A model generated the notes under the pieces. It was not told the DNA's origin. It saw only the letters and a list, made by a program, of their open reading frames with translations, and made no database searches. A program made the position numbers and the translations under genes. This document shows, one piece after another, positions 26,233 through 38,731 of a stretch of DNA of 64,000 nucleotides. The DNA comes from Octopus vulgaris (Eukaryota). Where the stretch lies: NCBI GenBank assembly GCA_951406725.2, contig OX597814.1, positions 5,332,001 to 5,396,000 of the forward strand, in the 5' to 3' direction. Within the stretch, counting starts at the first letter, position 1, and every line of letters begins with the position of its first letter.

Positions 26233-26480
26233 CAGTATGCTCCGATGGATATGCAACGTCAGTGTGCATGTATGACAAAGTGGAAATGTGCTGAGAGAAA
26301 AGTTGGTCGTAAGCGGAACGAATTGCTGCATGCAAGAGACAAGATTGCATTGGTTTGGACATGTGATGTGTATGAATGGAAATAGCTGTATATAGAAGTG
26401 TTGATTGCTTAAAGGGGATGGCAGCTGTGGAAGAGAGAGCCAATCTCAAGATGACAATGGATTGAGATGTCTGGTAAAAG
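26233..26480 (+). mobile_element. RTE-clade LINE fragment directly joined to the CR1 3' end
   Basis: SMLRWICNVSVH...RLHWFGHVM, same family as 63230-63712. Confidence 0.7.
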
Positions 26481-28569
26481 AAGGTTCTCGAGAAGACCTG
26501 CCCACCCCACTGCTGTGTCTTCCACCCCTATCTAACATTAAATCATTCATCACACCCTACCTCAATAGACCAAAACTACATCTCTGCTCCTCTTCCTCAT
26601 GCACTATGCTTACCTCTCCCTCTCTTCTCCTGCAATCCTGTCCTTCCTCTCCTGCTGGCATTCACATGAACCCCCTATTCATGCACCCTGGGAAATCCAA
26701 TACTATCCCATTTACATTCCCATCCTCATACATTAAGAGTATACCCTGGCACATTACCACCGTCTCGCTCTCTCTCTCTCTCTCTCTCTTTCTCTTTCCC
26801 TCTGACTCGGGTAACCATGTCTCTCCATGTCGTGCAATGCTTCCCACCCCCACCCAAGTGAATGAAAGTGGATTAGCACATTGCTATAAAATGGAGAACT
26901 GTCCAAGTGTCAGCGGTTGATTGGTTGGCAAGCAGTTGACTGTGAGCCATTTGGCAGAGAGTGCTTAACCTCATGTTTCTTTCTTCTGTCCTTCGTTGAA
27001 TTATTTGTCCAACACACAAGGATGCAAAACTCCACTACAGCAAGACACCTGTTTCCATCCTTCAGTCATACTTTATCTACACATCACCTCACACCACAAA
27101 GCCACCTCCTTCAATACCACAGCCCCTCCTCTCAAAGGATCTTTGTTTTGCAAGTTACTTGGTGACCTTGCTGGGTCTGGTGCCATGTATAAAGCATCCA
27201 GTCCACTCTGTATAATGGTTGGCATTAGGAATGGCATCCTGCTATAAAAACGATATGAGAGGAGACTTTACCAGTGCAGGTGTCACTTAAAATGCCCCTT
27301 GCCCTCTCTGTGAAATGGTTGGCATTAGGAATGGCATCCAAATGTAAAAGCCATGACAAAGCAGACCCCACCCCATTCTACCCCCTCATACCCTAGTCAC
27401 TTCCTTTTGGACAAGCCTTCTCTCTCTCTCTTGACCCTCTCCCATCTTCCTTCTCCTTCCTTGTCCTACTAGCCTTTCACCCTTTCAGGGTTCAAGAAAT
27501 TAGTACCAGTTGAATACTGGGGTCGATGCAATCAACTAACCTTCCCTCCAAATTGCTGGCCTTGTGTCAGAATTTGAAATCAAGGGACATTTGGGGATGT
27601 GTTGTGCTTGAGAGGACCCATCAAGTCAAGCGCATGTGTGCTGGTGGCACATAAAGAATATCTTTTGAATGTTGGGCCTCCCAGAAGCAAAGTGGCTGAG
27701 TTCTTTTCAAGCGTTGGGCCTCACAGAGGCAATGACCAAGATTTTTGGTATTATGTCATGTTTGGGAAGATCCATCAAGACATGTAAAAGCACCTGTTAC
27801 ACGCTCGGAGAGGTTGGTGTTAGGAAGGGCATTCAGCCAAAGAAAACCATGCCAAATCAGACTGGAGTCTGATGCAGCCTTCCAGCTTGTGAGCCCAGTC
27901 AAAGCATGGACAAAGGAACTTAAATGATGACGGTGATGATATATCTTTAGAAATGGTTGGGTAGTTATATGTATTTTTAGTGAAATAGTTTTTATTTTTC
28001 TTTTGTCTAAATAACTTCATCACTAACTTGTCTCTGATATTGTCATGTCTTTAACCAAAGTACAATATTCTAGAATACAAGAATGAGCCCCGACGAGAAA
28101 TGTTGAAATTCCCATCTCTACCTTAAAACACACAGTTTTAATGATCTGAAGACCTTTACACAGTTGCTCAGGCTGATAGAAATAGCAGGAAAGTATCCCT
28201 CCCATTACACCCTGCCTTCTTCAAAACAGAAGCTACCATTCTAGATATTGGAATGGTCGTGGCTGGATTGTCTTTTGTCATAAATCTGCTCAATCAAATT
28301 TTGTTTCTTATATTTTACACTTTACTTATCCCTAAATAGAAATACCTTTTACATTTAAGGATCAGTAAACATTAACTAAAGGACCCATGATCATCATCAC
28401 CATCATAATGATCATCATCACTGTTTTAACGTCCGCTTTTCCCTGCTTGCATGGGTTGGACAAAATTTGATGATGAGTTGGATTTTCTACAGCTGGATGC
28501 CCTTCTTGTTGCCATCCCTCACCTATTTCCAAGTAAGGTAATGTTTCCCAGTGACCAGACATGTTTTAA

Positions 28570-29595
28570 CCCTTTCGTTACCAACCCGCCCAAAGCCGCC
28601 CAAATTTACCTATTCATATTTAAATGAGAATATCAGAGCAAATCTCTTTAGTACATTCGTGAAAACATGTATTATACTTCATAAACAGTTCAACTACAGT
28701 TTTGTACAATAATTGAAGTGTAATTTTAATTCCGTGTATTTTGGGAGATTTTTTTCCGAAATTTGTTCCTATTGTGTTTTCAAAATTTATAATTCTGACA
28801 AAAAATGGATACGAATTTCATTATATCAAGCAGCGAGTCAGAATTCGAAGGATTTTCTACTGAAAACCTTCATAAATCTAACTCTATGACTGAAAAAAAA
28901 AAGCACGAGGTATTTGATAATGAATCCGATGTTTCATTTTCCGAAAGTGAAAACAGTGAATCCGAGATCTCCGACAGCGATAAAGAAAATGAATTGGCAC
29001 CTGAATGGAGTGAAAATTTAAAAACTGTTTCTTTCGGTGATTTTTCTGAAGAAACTGGACCAAGCCACAGACTTTCCCAGGAGAGTAAAGCCTTAGACTA
29101 TTTCTATTTACTTTTTCGAATGAGCCTATTTGAAATCATTATGGCGGAAACGAACCGTTATGCTAAAGGAAAGGATAGTTAGTGGTTTCCCACAACCTTA
29201 AATGAAATTAAGACTATTTTGCCATAGATATTATTATGGGTATCAGAAAGTTACCCAGAATAACAAATTCTATCGTAAAATTTTGTTGTATACCCAATTG
29301 AATATTAGCTAATAACCCATTTTCTATGGCGATGTTTGAACAAAATTTTAATAATTTTATATTTTGTTGAATTTACCTGTATCTACCTGCAATTAGAGTC
29401 ACTTTGTGACAAAAATTATAGTATAGAATTGGTTGAGAATATTTCATTAAATTATCTTCCAAAAATCAGATTAATATATTGATAAATAAAATAGTTATAG
29501 CTGTTTAATGAAACCAGACTAAATTTATGATTACGTTAGAAATTAATTGAAACACATAAGGGGTGTATTTTGGTCAGAAATATAGTAACAAAAGG
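28570..29595 (+). mobile_element. Internally deleted piggyBac element with transposase N-terminus (ORF 28805-29182)
   Basis: TTAA|CCCTTTCGTTAC left TIR, GTAACAAAAGG right TIR; acidic N-terminus then DYFYLLF..IMAETNRYA (PGBD-like); interrupts a repeat also seen intact at ~23270-23330. Confidence 0.8.
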
Positions 29596-30017
29596 AAGAT
29601 TGGAAATGAAGGACACTGCTTGTATGACAGGGACACTCATTTACAACAAGCACGGAGACAGTAACATACAGACGGACAGACAGACAGATGGCTTCTTTCA
29701 GTCTTCGTCTACCAAATCCACTCATAAGGCTTTGGTCAACCCAAGGCTATATTAGAATACATTTGTTCAAAGTGCTACACAGTGGGACTGAACCCAGAAC
29801 CATATGGCTGGGAAGCAACCATCTTACCACACAGCCACACCTGTGCCTATATGGAGTTGTTAAATAATTGGAACTGCATTTTAATGCTAAAATCTCCATA
29901 TTTGAAGAATTCTCAAAATCATTTAAAAGTAAAATGTGTTAAAATGTCAGTAAATTGACTTCAGTTTGATTCTTTTACCAAAATTTCATTTATTTCCATT
30001 CATTGTATTTACTGCAG

Positions 30018-30251
30018 ATTTTGAGAATGTTCAGAGGATGTGTCCAGAAACCCCCTTTGATGGAAATCAACTGGAAGTGGAAAGAATTGAGGAAATAAAC
30101 AGTGTTCAAGTGAAAAACGTTTCTTCAAATGTCAGCTCTGAGAGTCTTCAAAGTTATTTTGGAGACAGAGAAAGAAGTTCTGGTGGAGATATTTCTTCAG
30201 TTCATCAACAAACCTCTGATACTTACATTATAAGTTTTAAAGAGGCGTATG
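30018..30251 (+). CDS. PARP14-like gene exon, RRM-like domain
   Basis: CTGCAG acceptor, G|GTAAGT donor, 234 nt phase 1-1; SVQVKNVSSNVSSESLQSYFGDRERSSGGDI..YIISF resembles PARP14-family RRM (L.LYF.....SGGG). Confidence 0.85.
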
Positions 30252-30449
30252 GTAAGTAATTTTTTTCTCCTCTCATTGTCTAGTCTACCTTTCAGAATCA
30301 GTTATTATCATTCTTTTAATTCAGGTTTTGTTGGAACTCCTGGAGGCTTGCTATCCACAGCCTTCGGTACCTCTTCTGTTCAGCCATGTAATATTTTCTT
30401 GATGATAATGGCTGTGACAAGGTGGCAGACAGCTCTGTCCTCATTTCCT

Positions 30450-30830
30450 CTTAATATCTTCTGATACTGTCCCCAGGGCCCCAATAATAATTAGAATTAT
30501 CTCCATCTTTCACGGTCAAGCATATTTAAGAGGATTGTCTACTTGTTCACCTGACTAACTGTGGGTCAAAGGCGTATGCAACATCAGTTATAGAGCACAT
30601 GTGGTTCACCTTGTCCACAACGACCAGGCCTGGCTTGTTGTACTCAAGCGCTTGGCCCATTCTGCATTGAAAAATCCCACAAGATTTTACAGGTCTCTGC
30701 CTCTGTGATTCTCTGTGGTTTGTGTTTGTACCATGTTTTGCTTCTCTCTAACCCAAACTTTCCTCACACTTTCCAATGCAGCACTTTTGCAACCTCATCA
30801 TGTCACTACAGCTCATATTGGTTCGGGGCA
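30450..30830 (-). mobile_element. R4/Dong-like LINE RLE-domain fragment
   Basis: Minus reads ..KTWYKH..KILWDF..KPGLVVVDK, homologous to 61330-61884. Confidence 0.7.
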
Positions 30831-33638
30831 AGTTAGTTAGTTAGTTAATTTGGCTCAAAAGCAAATAGCAAGGCCATGTAGGAGGACATGGAGTTAAGTA
30901 CAGGGTGGTGTTCATGTAAAGAGTTCAGGCCACTTGAGGTCCAGGGAGGCTTTGAACAAAGCGGTCGTCGGCATCTTCACCATCTCGTCTGGCAGCTTGT
31001 TCCACGGATCCGCAACCCGGACGGAGAAAGCTCCTCTCCTTCGATTGAGATGAAATCGTCGCAGGTAGAGCTTTTCAGAATGACCCCGCAGCCGACGCTC
31101 CGGAGCAGGAGTGAAGAACAGCTCTTTCGAGAGGTTACACTTCCCGCTTATGATGTAGTGGGCGAGAATGAGATCACCATGGCAGCGGCGTTTTTCAAGA
31201 GAATAAAGGTCGAGCGTCCTCAGCCTTTCTTCGTAGGACAAATTTTTGAGACCATGAACCATGCGGGTAGCCAGCCTCTGGACTCTTTCGAGATGCTGTA
31301 TGTCTTTGAGGAGATAAGGAGAAGAGGCTTGAATCCCATACTCCAATATGGGTCTCACCAGCGTGACATAGAGTGGCAGGAATATGGCTGCTGTGAGCAT
31401 TCCGAATGACCGTCGAATCAAAAACAGAATTCCGCGCGCTTTGTTGGCAGTATGGACGCACTGGGCCGAAGGCGAAAAGGAGGAATCCACCAAGATACCC
31501 AGATCCTTTACCTGATCGGTCCTCTCCAGCAGCAGACGACCCGGCTCGAAATCAAGTTGAGTTGCAGGAGTAGAGCCGACAGGCAGATGACAGCACTTTG
31601 ACACCTTCAGACACAGGTCCCAATCGTTAGACCACTTCCAAATTTGGTGGAGGCATCGACGAAGATCCTCTATACTACCGCAAGGAGCGACCAGTTTGAT
31701 ATCGTCGGCAAATAGAAGGGTGTGTTGCGTGAGGTTGACGGGCAAGTCATTTATGAAGACTAAGAACAACAAGGACCCAAGCACTGAACCTTGAGGCACG
31801 CCACTGCTCGCACTGGAGACGTCGGACCGCGAACCATTAACTTGAACTTGGAAGGAGCGATTTGAGAGGAAGGCACCAACCCATCGTACAATATCCGGAT
31901 GGAAACTATATGCTTGAAGCTTGACAAGTAGTAGGCGGTGGTTTACCGAGTCAAAAGCTTTGGCAAAGTCCAATAAAACGATGTCAACAGCATCACTATC
32001 ATCGAGGATGCGCGTCACCAATTCTTCCATTACTAGTAAGTTGGTCAAGCATGATCTCTTCGGCACGAAGCCGTGTTGGGAATCAGTGATCGAGGCTGTG
32101 TTTAGGAGGTGGAGCATCATACTTTTCTTAAGGATGGTTTCGAACATCTTGCTGATTATTGATGTAAGGGAAACCGGTCGGTAGTTAAGCGGGTCTTCGC
32201 GGCTCCCTTTCTTGAAAATTGGGCAGATTATCGCTGTTCTCCAGTCTGCAGGTATAACACCCGTCGCCAATGACATATTGAATAGTCGTGTTAAGGGCTC
32301 GCAGATGACCGGAGCCAACGCTTTGATAACCCGTGGGTGTATGCCGTCAGGGCCGTGACCCTTGTTGACATCGAGGCCTTGAATAACACGTTTGACTTCG
32401 TCCCGCGTGATGATCAATCGAAGCATTGGAGGTACCGATCTATCAAATAGAGGGGGTTCACGACCATCATCTTGTTTGAAAATAGTTGAAAAAGCCTCGG
32501 CAAATAATTGACTCTGTTGATAAGGGTCCTCAATCGATACGCCTGTTGAGTCTACCAACGTTGCAATCTGGTTGTTCAAGCGGGAATTCCGCTGGACATG
32601 GGCAAAGAAGGTTTTTGGATTGCTACTGGCATTTGCCGCGATTTTGTATTCATAACTGAAGCGTTCTTTCTTTTCAATTTTCACGGCTCGGTCTCGTTGA
32701 GTTTTGTACACCTCAAAAGCTGCAGTCGAATCCAGATTTTTGAATTCAGCCCAAGCAATATCTCTGAGTCGACGTTCTCGTTTAACCTTCTTCGTCACCC
32801 AGGGCTTGTGTTTCTTCCTCTTTGGAAGCCCAACGGGAACTGCCTGGTCAGTCAAACAGATTACGTATGCTTTGAGGGATGACCATAGTTCGTCAACTGA
32901 GGACAACGTCATCAGGGATCGCCAGTCCAGAAGCGCGGAAGCCTCGGTTAGAATTTCAAGATTAATTGCAGAGAAGACTCTACGTGGCAGCGAAGTAGTC
33001 GTGGGCGTGGAAAAAGTTGTGTGCATGACGAACTTCAGGACCGCATGATCACTCTTGGCAAGAGGGGCGCACACAGATACGTCTGACACTGATCTTGGAT
33101 AGCGGGAGAATACCAGATCTAGCATAGATGGCTGCTGCCCAGACCGATGCCTTGTCGGATATTCAACATGTTGCGATAGAAAACAATCTTCAGCCACGTC
33201 AAGAAGGGCCTGGCCGAACCGGGAAGATGTTGTACAAATTGATGCGGGCCAATCGATCGTGGGAGCGTTGAAGTCGCCTAGTACCAAGCAGTCATGCGAA
33301 GCTGAAACGAATCTTATCGCTTCGAGTAGATGAGCATCATCCTGGGGGTCGGCTAGAGGCGGCCTGTAGACAGCCAACATGGGCAGGCAAAACTCAGATA
33401 GGCTCAGCTTGCAATAGACGGCATCGAATTTGGTTGTAGGTTGAGCATTTGTGGGTAGAATACCGCAGGACGGTTTGTGCTCAGACTTAACATACACAGC
33501 AACACCTCCACCTTGCCTTTTTCCTCTGTCACATCTGAAAAGGACGTAGCCCTGCAGGTGGATTTCTGAGTCCTTTACTGCTGGAGTCAGCCAAGTCTCG
33601 GTGATAGCTATTGATAGCGGTGATAGCGGTGATAGCAT
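30831..33638 (-). mobile_element. Young CR1-clade LINE, slightly 5'-truncated, (TAAC)n tail
   Basis: Unbroken ORF 30912-33638, short 3' UTR, GTTA repeats at 30831-30847; near-identical 3' copy at 59775-60087. Confidence 0.95.
30912..33638 (-). CDS. LINE ORF2: AP endonuclease + reverse transcriptase, 908 aa
   Basis: ITETWL, GGGVAVYV, GDFNAP, LDLVF, SDH; GPDGIHP, NYRPVSLTS, LDFAKAFDSV, GVPQGSVLG, FADD, WNKLP. Confidence 0.9.
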   Translation of the reverse strand: MLSPLSPLSIAITETWLTPAVKDSEIHLQGYVLFRCDRGKRQGGGVAVYVKSEHKPSCGILPTNAQPTTKFDAVYCKLSLSEFCLPMLAVYRPPLADPQDDAHLLEAIRFVSASHDCLVLGDFNAPTIDWPASICTTSSRFGQALLDVAEDCFLSQHVEYPTRHRSGQQPSMLDLVFSRYPRSVSDVSVCAPLAKSDHAVLKFVMHTTFSTPTTTSLPRRVFSAINLEILTEASALLDWRSLMTLSSVDELWSSLKAYVICLTDQAVPVGLPKRKKHKPWVTKKVKRERRLRDIAWAEFKNLDSTAAFEVYKTQRDRAVKIEKKERFSYEYKIAANASSNPKTFFAHVQRNSRLNNQIATLVDSTGVSIEDPYQQSQLFAEAFSTIFKQDDGREPPLFDRSVPPMLRLIITRDEVKRVIQGLDVNKGHGPDGIHPRVIKALAPVICEPLTRLFNMSLATGVIPADWRTAIICPIFKKGSREDPLNYRPVSLTSIISKMFETILKKSMMLHLLNTASITDSQHGFVPKRSCLTNLLVMEELVTRILDDSDAVDIVLLDFAKAFDSVNHRLLLVKLQAYSFHPDIVRWVGAFLSNRSFQVQVNGSRSDVSSASSGVPQGSVLGSLLFLVFINDLPVNLTQHTLLFADDIKLVAPCGSIEDLRRCLHQIWKWSNDWDLCLKVSKCCHLPVGSTPATQLDFEPGRLLLERTDQVKDLGILVDSSFSPSAQCVHTANKARGILFLIRRSFGMLTAAIFLPLYVTLVRPILEYGIQASSPYLLKDIQHLERVQRLATRMVHGLKNLSYEERLRTLDLYSLEKRRCHGDLILAHYIISGKCNLSKELFFTPAPERRLRGHSEKLYLRRFHLNRRRGAFSVRVADPWNKLPDEMVKMPTTALFKASLDLKWPELFT

Positions 33639-33692
33639 TCATTCACAGTAAGGGCAATGGTTTCATTAAATTATTATTATTATTATTATTAT

Positions 33693-34782
33693 TATTGAGT
33701 GAGAGAGCAGTGCATGCCATCAAAGTGATACTGGGGCAAAATATACGAAGCCCAGTATACACATCATGACTATCCGTCTGATAAGGGTACACCAGGCACA
33801 TGCATCACAACCATATGTGTGCAATATGGTGATCTCATATCTAGATAAACAGTGCATGACCTTGCATGTAGAGCCCAGTTAGAATTTTCTTCTGGTCGAG
33901 TAACCCATCCTGCTCAAAAGGTTCCCAAATAAGGGTTGTTTAAGGATTTTGAACGAAACCCCCATGTTTCCAGAGGTGAATTATTCAAACCCCAAAGACT
34001 CCCTCTCAACACATGGTTATGATGCTCCCCCACTACTTCTGCTCATAATCAGAGATTCACATATCATCAGCCACTAAGGGACATGCTCAACTGGTTACGG
34101 TCAAACAACTGACAAGCAAATCTGTGGTATTGAGCAAAATATTTGTTGCAGCCCATCTTTTATACCAAGACAAAACACTGTACATGATAACACTTCCAAC
34201 CAGATCAGAAGCCACGAGAGCCACTGCCTGATACTGCATCAGGGCAGATTATTATTATTGTTGTTGTTGTTATTGAGAGAACAGTGCATGCCATCAAAGT
34301 GACACTGATGTAAAATATACAAAGGTACACCAGGCATATGCATCACTACTATATGTGCACAACATGGTGATCTCATATCAAGATAAACAGGGCATGATCT
34401 TGCAGGTGGGGCCTAGTTAGAATTTTCTTCAGGTCGAGTAGCCCATCCCACTCAAAAAGTCACTGAACAAGGTTTTTATAAGGATGATGAGTAAAACACC
34501 CATGTTTCCATGTTTCAAAGGTGAATTATCCAAACCCCATAGAATTCTTCTCAACACATGGTTATAATGCTCCTCCACTACTTCTGCTTGTGATCAGAGA
34601 TGCACTTATCGTCAGCCATCAAGGGACATGCTCAACTGGTAAAGGACAAGCAAATCTGTGGCATTGAGCAGAATATTTGCTGTAGCCCATCTTTTCATAC
34701 CAAGACAAAACAATGTACATGATAACACTTCCCAATCATTTAAGATCAGATGCCAAGAGAGCAACTGCCTGGTACGGCATCA
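33693..34782 (-). repeat. Two tandem diverged copies (~550 bp) of a non-coding retro-element with (TAA)n tail
   Basis: ~33693-34246 and ~34272-34782 align throughout; each preceded on + by (TTA/TTG)n. Confidence 0.85.
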
Positions 34783-36757
34783 TATCAATAATATTAATAC
34801 GCTTAGTTTTGTTTGTTTTTGTATGTACAAAGAAGTGAGTGGAAAAGCAAGAGAGAGGAGGACAGAGAGGAAGAAAGAGAGAGTGAGAGAGAAAGAGAGA
34901 GTGAGCAAAATAGGCAGTAAGTGGTGGCGGTGTTCGTTTTGTGCTTTTAAATGTTTCAGAGAGAAAGAGAGAGAGAGTGAGAGGCAGTGATTGGTGTTGG
35001 TATTCTTATTATGTTTTGAATGTTGATACATATACACATTGTTAAATTAAAAGCAGGAGAGGAGGGACAGAGAGGAAGTGAGAGAGAAAGTGAGAGAAAC
35101 AGTAGAGGCATAGATCCAAAGAAAAGTTGATACATAGACACGTAGTTAAATCAAAGCAAATAACTGCAGCAAATATTGGATGTCACTTTCGCTTTTCATT
35201 ACCATACGAGGATAAAATTAACTCGCAAGTGGCTGAGTACTCCACAGACATGCATATCATTATCTCAGCCTCACACAGAAATTGACATGGCTTGCCCCTT
35301 TGAATTACAGCTAGAATTCATTTTGGCCAGCTGAGTGAACTGGAGCAAGACAGACCTTCAAGTGATCGGAAGAAAACAAATAAAAATCCTATATAGGGGC
35401 AGGAAAATTTTTTTAATCTTTAGGGTCAATATGGATATTAAACCAGTCATAACAGTGGCATTTGTGGGCCTCACAGAACTGGAGGCCAAGCCCCCAGATC
35501 ACAGGCTATTGTTATCAAATTGAGAGTGAATACACGATGGAATAGCAATTATTTCATCTGAGCATTGATAATGCTAAACACACAACATTTTTGACTTACG
35601 ATATGGAACATTTTCTTTTCTTTCACTTTTTTTAAAAAATGGCACTCCACTGGTTATGATGATGAGGTTCCTGTTTATCTGATCAACAGAACAGTCTGCT
35701 CGTAAAATTAATGTGCAAGTGGCTGAGTACTCCACAGACATGCATGCCATAATGTAGTTCTCAGGGAGATTCAGCCTCACACAGAATGTTATAGGGCTGA
35801 CCCCTTTGAATTACAGCGACAACTCATTTTGGTCAGCTGCAGCAAGGTGAAGTAGAGTACCTTGCTCAAAAACACAGTGCGCTGCAAGGAATCGTACTTG
35901 TGACTTTATGATCATGGGCCGAAAACACCTAAGCACTGAGCCACATACCTTCACTCTCTTAACCATAGAGAAAAGGAATGAAATGAGAGAGGCAGAGAAA
36001 GGAAAGCCTCAGTCATTTAAAATGACAATTAGACTGGAATACGATCGATCTTTCCTTGCTTCTTTACTCTTAACAATGAAGAAGAGGGAAAGACATTTAG
36101 GAATGAATAGAGGGAAAATTCTTTATTCTAGGAGTTCTCTCTTCTTTCCTCCCACCCACCAGTACTTATTCACCTCCTTTCATAGTTCTTCACGTCTTTT
36201 AGTTGGGGGGAAAGACTACGTTTTTATTTTCAGGCATGTTTAATGTTTTCTCCACAAACTACAATCAAGCCCCACTCTGTTCCTTTTCTTTTCATACAAA
36301 AACTAATCCAAATTTCGAACAGGGTACAGCTGTGAAAAGAGCCCAGAAAAATGAGTAATACCCCTTACAAAATGGGTGGGGGAGAAAAGTTGCGAACAGG
36401 TGGCTACATGAAGTTCAACTCTATACTTTAAAGAGTGTCTACTGACCAAAGCCTCATGAGTGAATTTGGTAGATGGAAACTGAAAGAAAATATCAAGAGA
36501 ATAAGCACCAGGCTTACAAAGAATAAGTCCAGGGGTCGGTTGCTTCAACTAAAAGGCAATGCTCTAGCATGGCCACACTCAAATGACTGAAAGTAGTAAC
36601 AGAGTAAAAGAGTAACATATATATATATACAAGAAAAATTTAGATTCAGACGTATTAAGTACTTAAGCTGAGGCACCAGAATTTAGTATGGTATTATCCA
36701 TACAGTTTCAAAATAGCGTGATTAAAATCAAAATAAGCAACAGGACATCCAGAGGTA

Positions 36758-36845
36758 ATGCAGTACGATCGTTTCAAGCAACTCTGTTTAATTGAACAAT
36801 GCAATCATTACATCAATTGAAATGCAGAGCAATCCTCAGCTGCAT
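36758..36845 (-). ncRNA. Type I hammerhead ribozyme motif (Penelope-type)
   Basis: Minus: ATGCAG CTGAGGA ttGCTCTG..CAGAGTtgctt GAAAC GATC GTA CTGCAT; 6-bp stem I, intact core, palindromic stem III, GUA cleavage triplet. Confidence 0.75.
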
Positions 36846-38373
36846 AAATACATAGGATTAAATTAAAACAGATGGACACATTAGTATAATTTTACCTAAA
36901 ACCTCCAAGAAGGTAAGGAGATAGACAGAGATCATGCTGTTTTCACTTCAGCTTAGAAGTTACTAAGGCATTAGGAAAAGAAACTTTTAAGGATTTAGCT
37001 TAGTCACTGATGTTTTTTGGGAGGTCAACTTTAATTTATAGTCTAGTTTATCTTTGTACATGAAGATGAAAGGCAGAAGAATAATACGTACTGTCTGTTA
37101 GGGAAGGGGCCAAGAGAGTTGAAAGAAATCATAGTGGGAATAGCCATAAAGCTATCAAGATTAATTTGAAGTAATACAATGAGATTTGGCAAAGGAAGAT
37201 CTTAAATCAAGATGCTAGTTATTCAATTAAAAGGGCAAGACTCCAGTAAACCAATAGTGATAATAAGGGGAATTTTATCATGGGGTGTTTTAGTTGAATG
37301 ATTTGAACAATATTACTATAATGAATAAAGTTAAATTTTAGGGTTATCATGAAAAGTTAATTAAGAAGAATATTTTAACCGAAAGGATAAAATTTTTGAA
37401 TACTCTTAAGTATATACCAAACATTTACCACAAGAGAGAGAGGATAGAACATCACATAGAAATATTATAATATTTATTCATATCATACACCCAAAATATT
37501 AACTTATCAGGTGGTGTCTATGAAGACTGATAATTGGCATTTACTGGCATTTAATAAGAGTACTGAAGTGAAAGAATATGCTGACTATATGGTTATTAAA
37601 TTATAATCTAAGCATTTAATAATAGTACTGTTATATATAAGCTAGATATGAATTTCCTAGGGGTACAAAAATTAGGTTTGATTTCATAAAGGCTATTACA
37701 TGTGCATGTATATATATATGCATATACACATGCTTGAGAAGACTCAACAAGCCAAGTGAGAGCATAACCCATGGCCTATGCCAGTAGGTGTAACCAGCCC
37801 ACTTACAAGTACCCTGCATTCATTGGACAATAAACTTCGCTTGCAAAGACCTGTTGAGGCAAGTGAAAACAAAATCAGAATTGCAGACATGGCTGATGAC
37901 AGTACTGCTTGATTGGCACTTGTGCCAGTGGAACATTGAAAGCACATCCAAGCTGATTGGCTCCCATGCTGGTGGCACGTAAAATGCACCATTCGAGCAT
38001 GATCGTCGCCAGCACTGCCTTACCGGCACATGTGCCGATGCCATGTGAAAGGATAACATTCAAGTGTGGTCAATGCCATAAACACCTTTGAGCATGGATG
38101 TTGCCAGAACCGACTGACTGGCTCGCGTGCTGGTGGCACGTAAAATCACCCACTACACTCAACAGGTCTTTGCAAGCGAAGTTTATTGTCCAATGAATGC
38201 AGGGTACTTGTTAGTGGTTAGCACTAGGAAGGGCAACCAGCTGTAGAAACTCTGCCAGATCAGACTGAGCCTGGTACGGCCTTCTGGCTCACCAGCCCTC
38301 AGTCAAACCGTCCAACCCATGCCGGCATGGAAAGCAGACGTTAAACAACTATGATGATGATGATGATGTGTGA

Positions 38374-38420
<47 letters not shown>

Positions 38421-38525
38421 TAATAATAATAACAAAGGGTAAAATTGATTAATTAAGAAGGAATCAATAATTTCACCAAGTAGAATTCGGTATGAAAAAA
38501 GGACCGTTTCACGGCAAACTTAGAT

Positions 38526-38731
38526 AAAGATTTGCTTCACCACACACCGAAGTTTAGAAATAGCCGCCAAAAATCTTAGCTATTTCTTCTACTTTAAAAA
38601 GGGTCTTCCAGAGAAACCAAAATACTTGAAGGTTATTCGGTTTCTCTGGAAGACCCTTTTTAAAGTAGAAGAAATAGCTAAGATTTTTGGCTGCTATTTC
38701 TAAACTTCAGTGTGTGGTGAAGCAAATCTTT
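38526..38731. repeat. Near-perfect ~100-bp-arm hairpin
   Basis: 38526-38624 is the reverse complement of 38634-38731 with few mismatches and a ~9-nt spacer. Confidence 0.92.

Noticed and set aside
30888-33048. Plus-strand ORFs overlapping the 908-aa ORF
   Set aside because: Antisense shadows of the LINE coding sequence with no recognisable motifs
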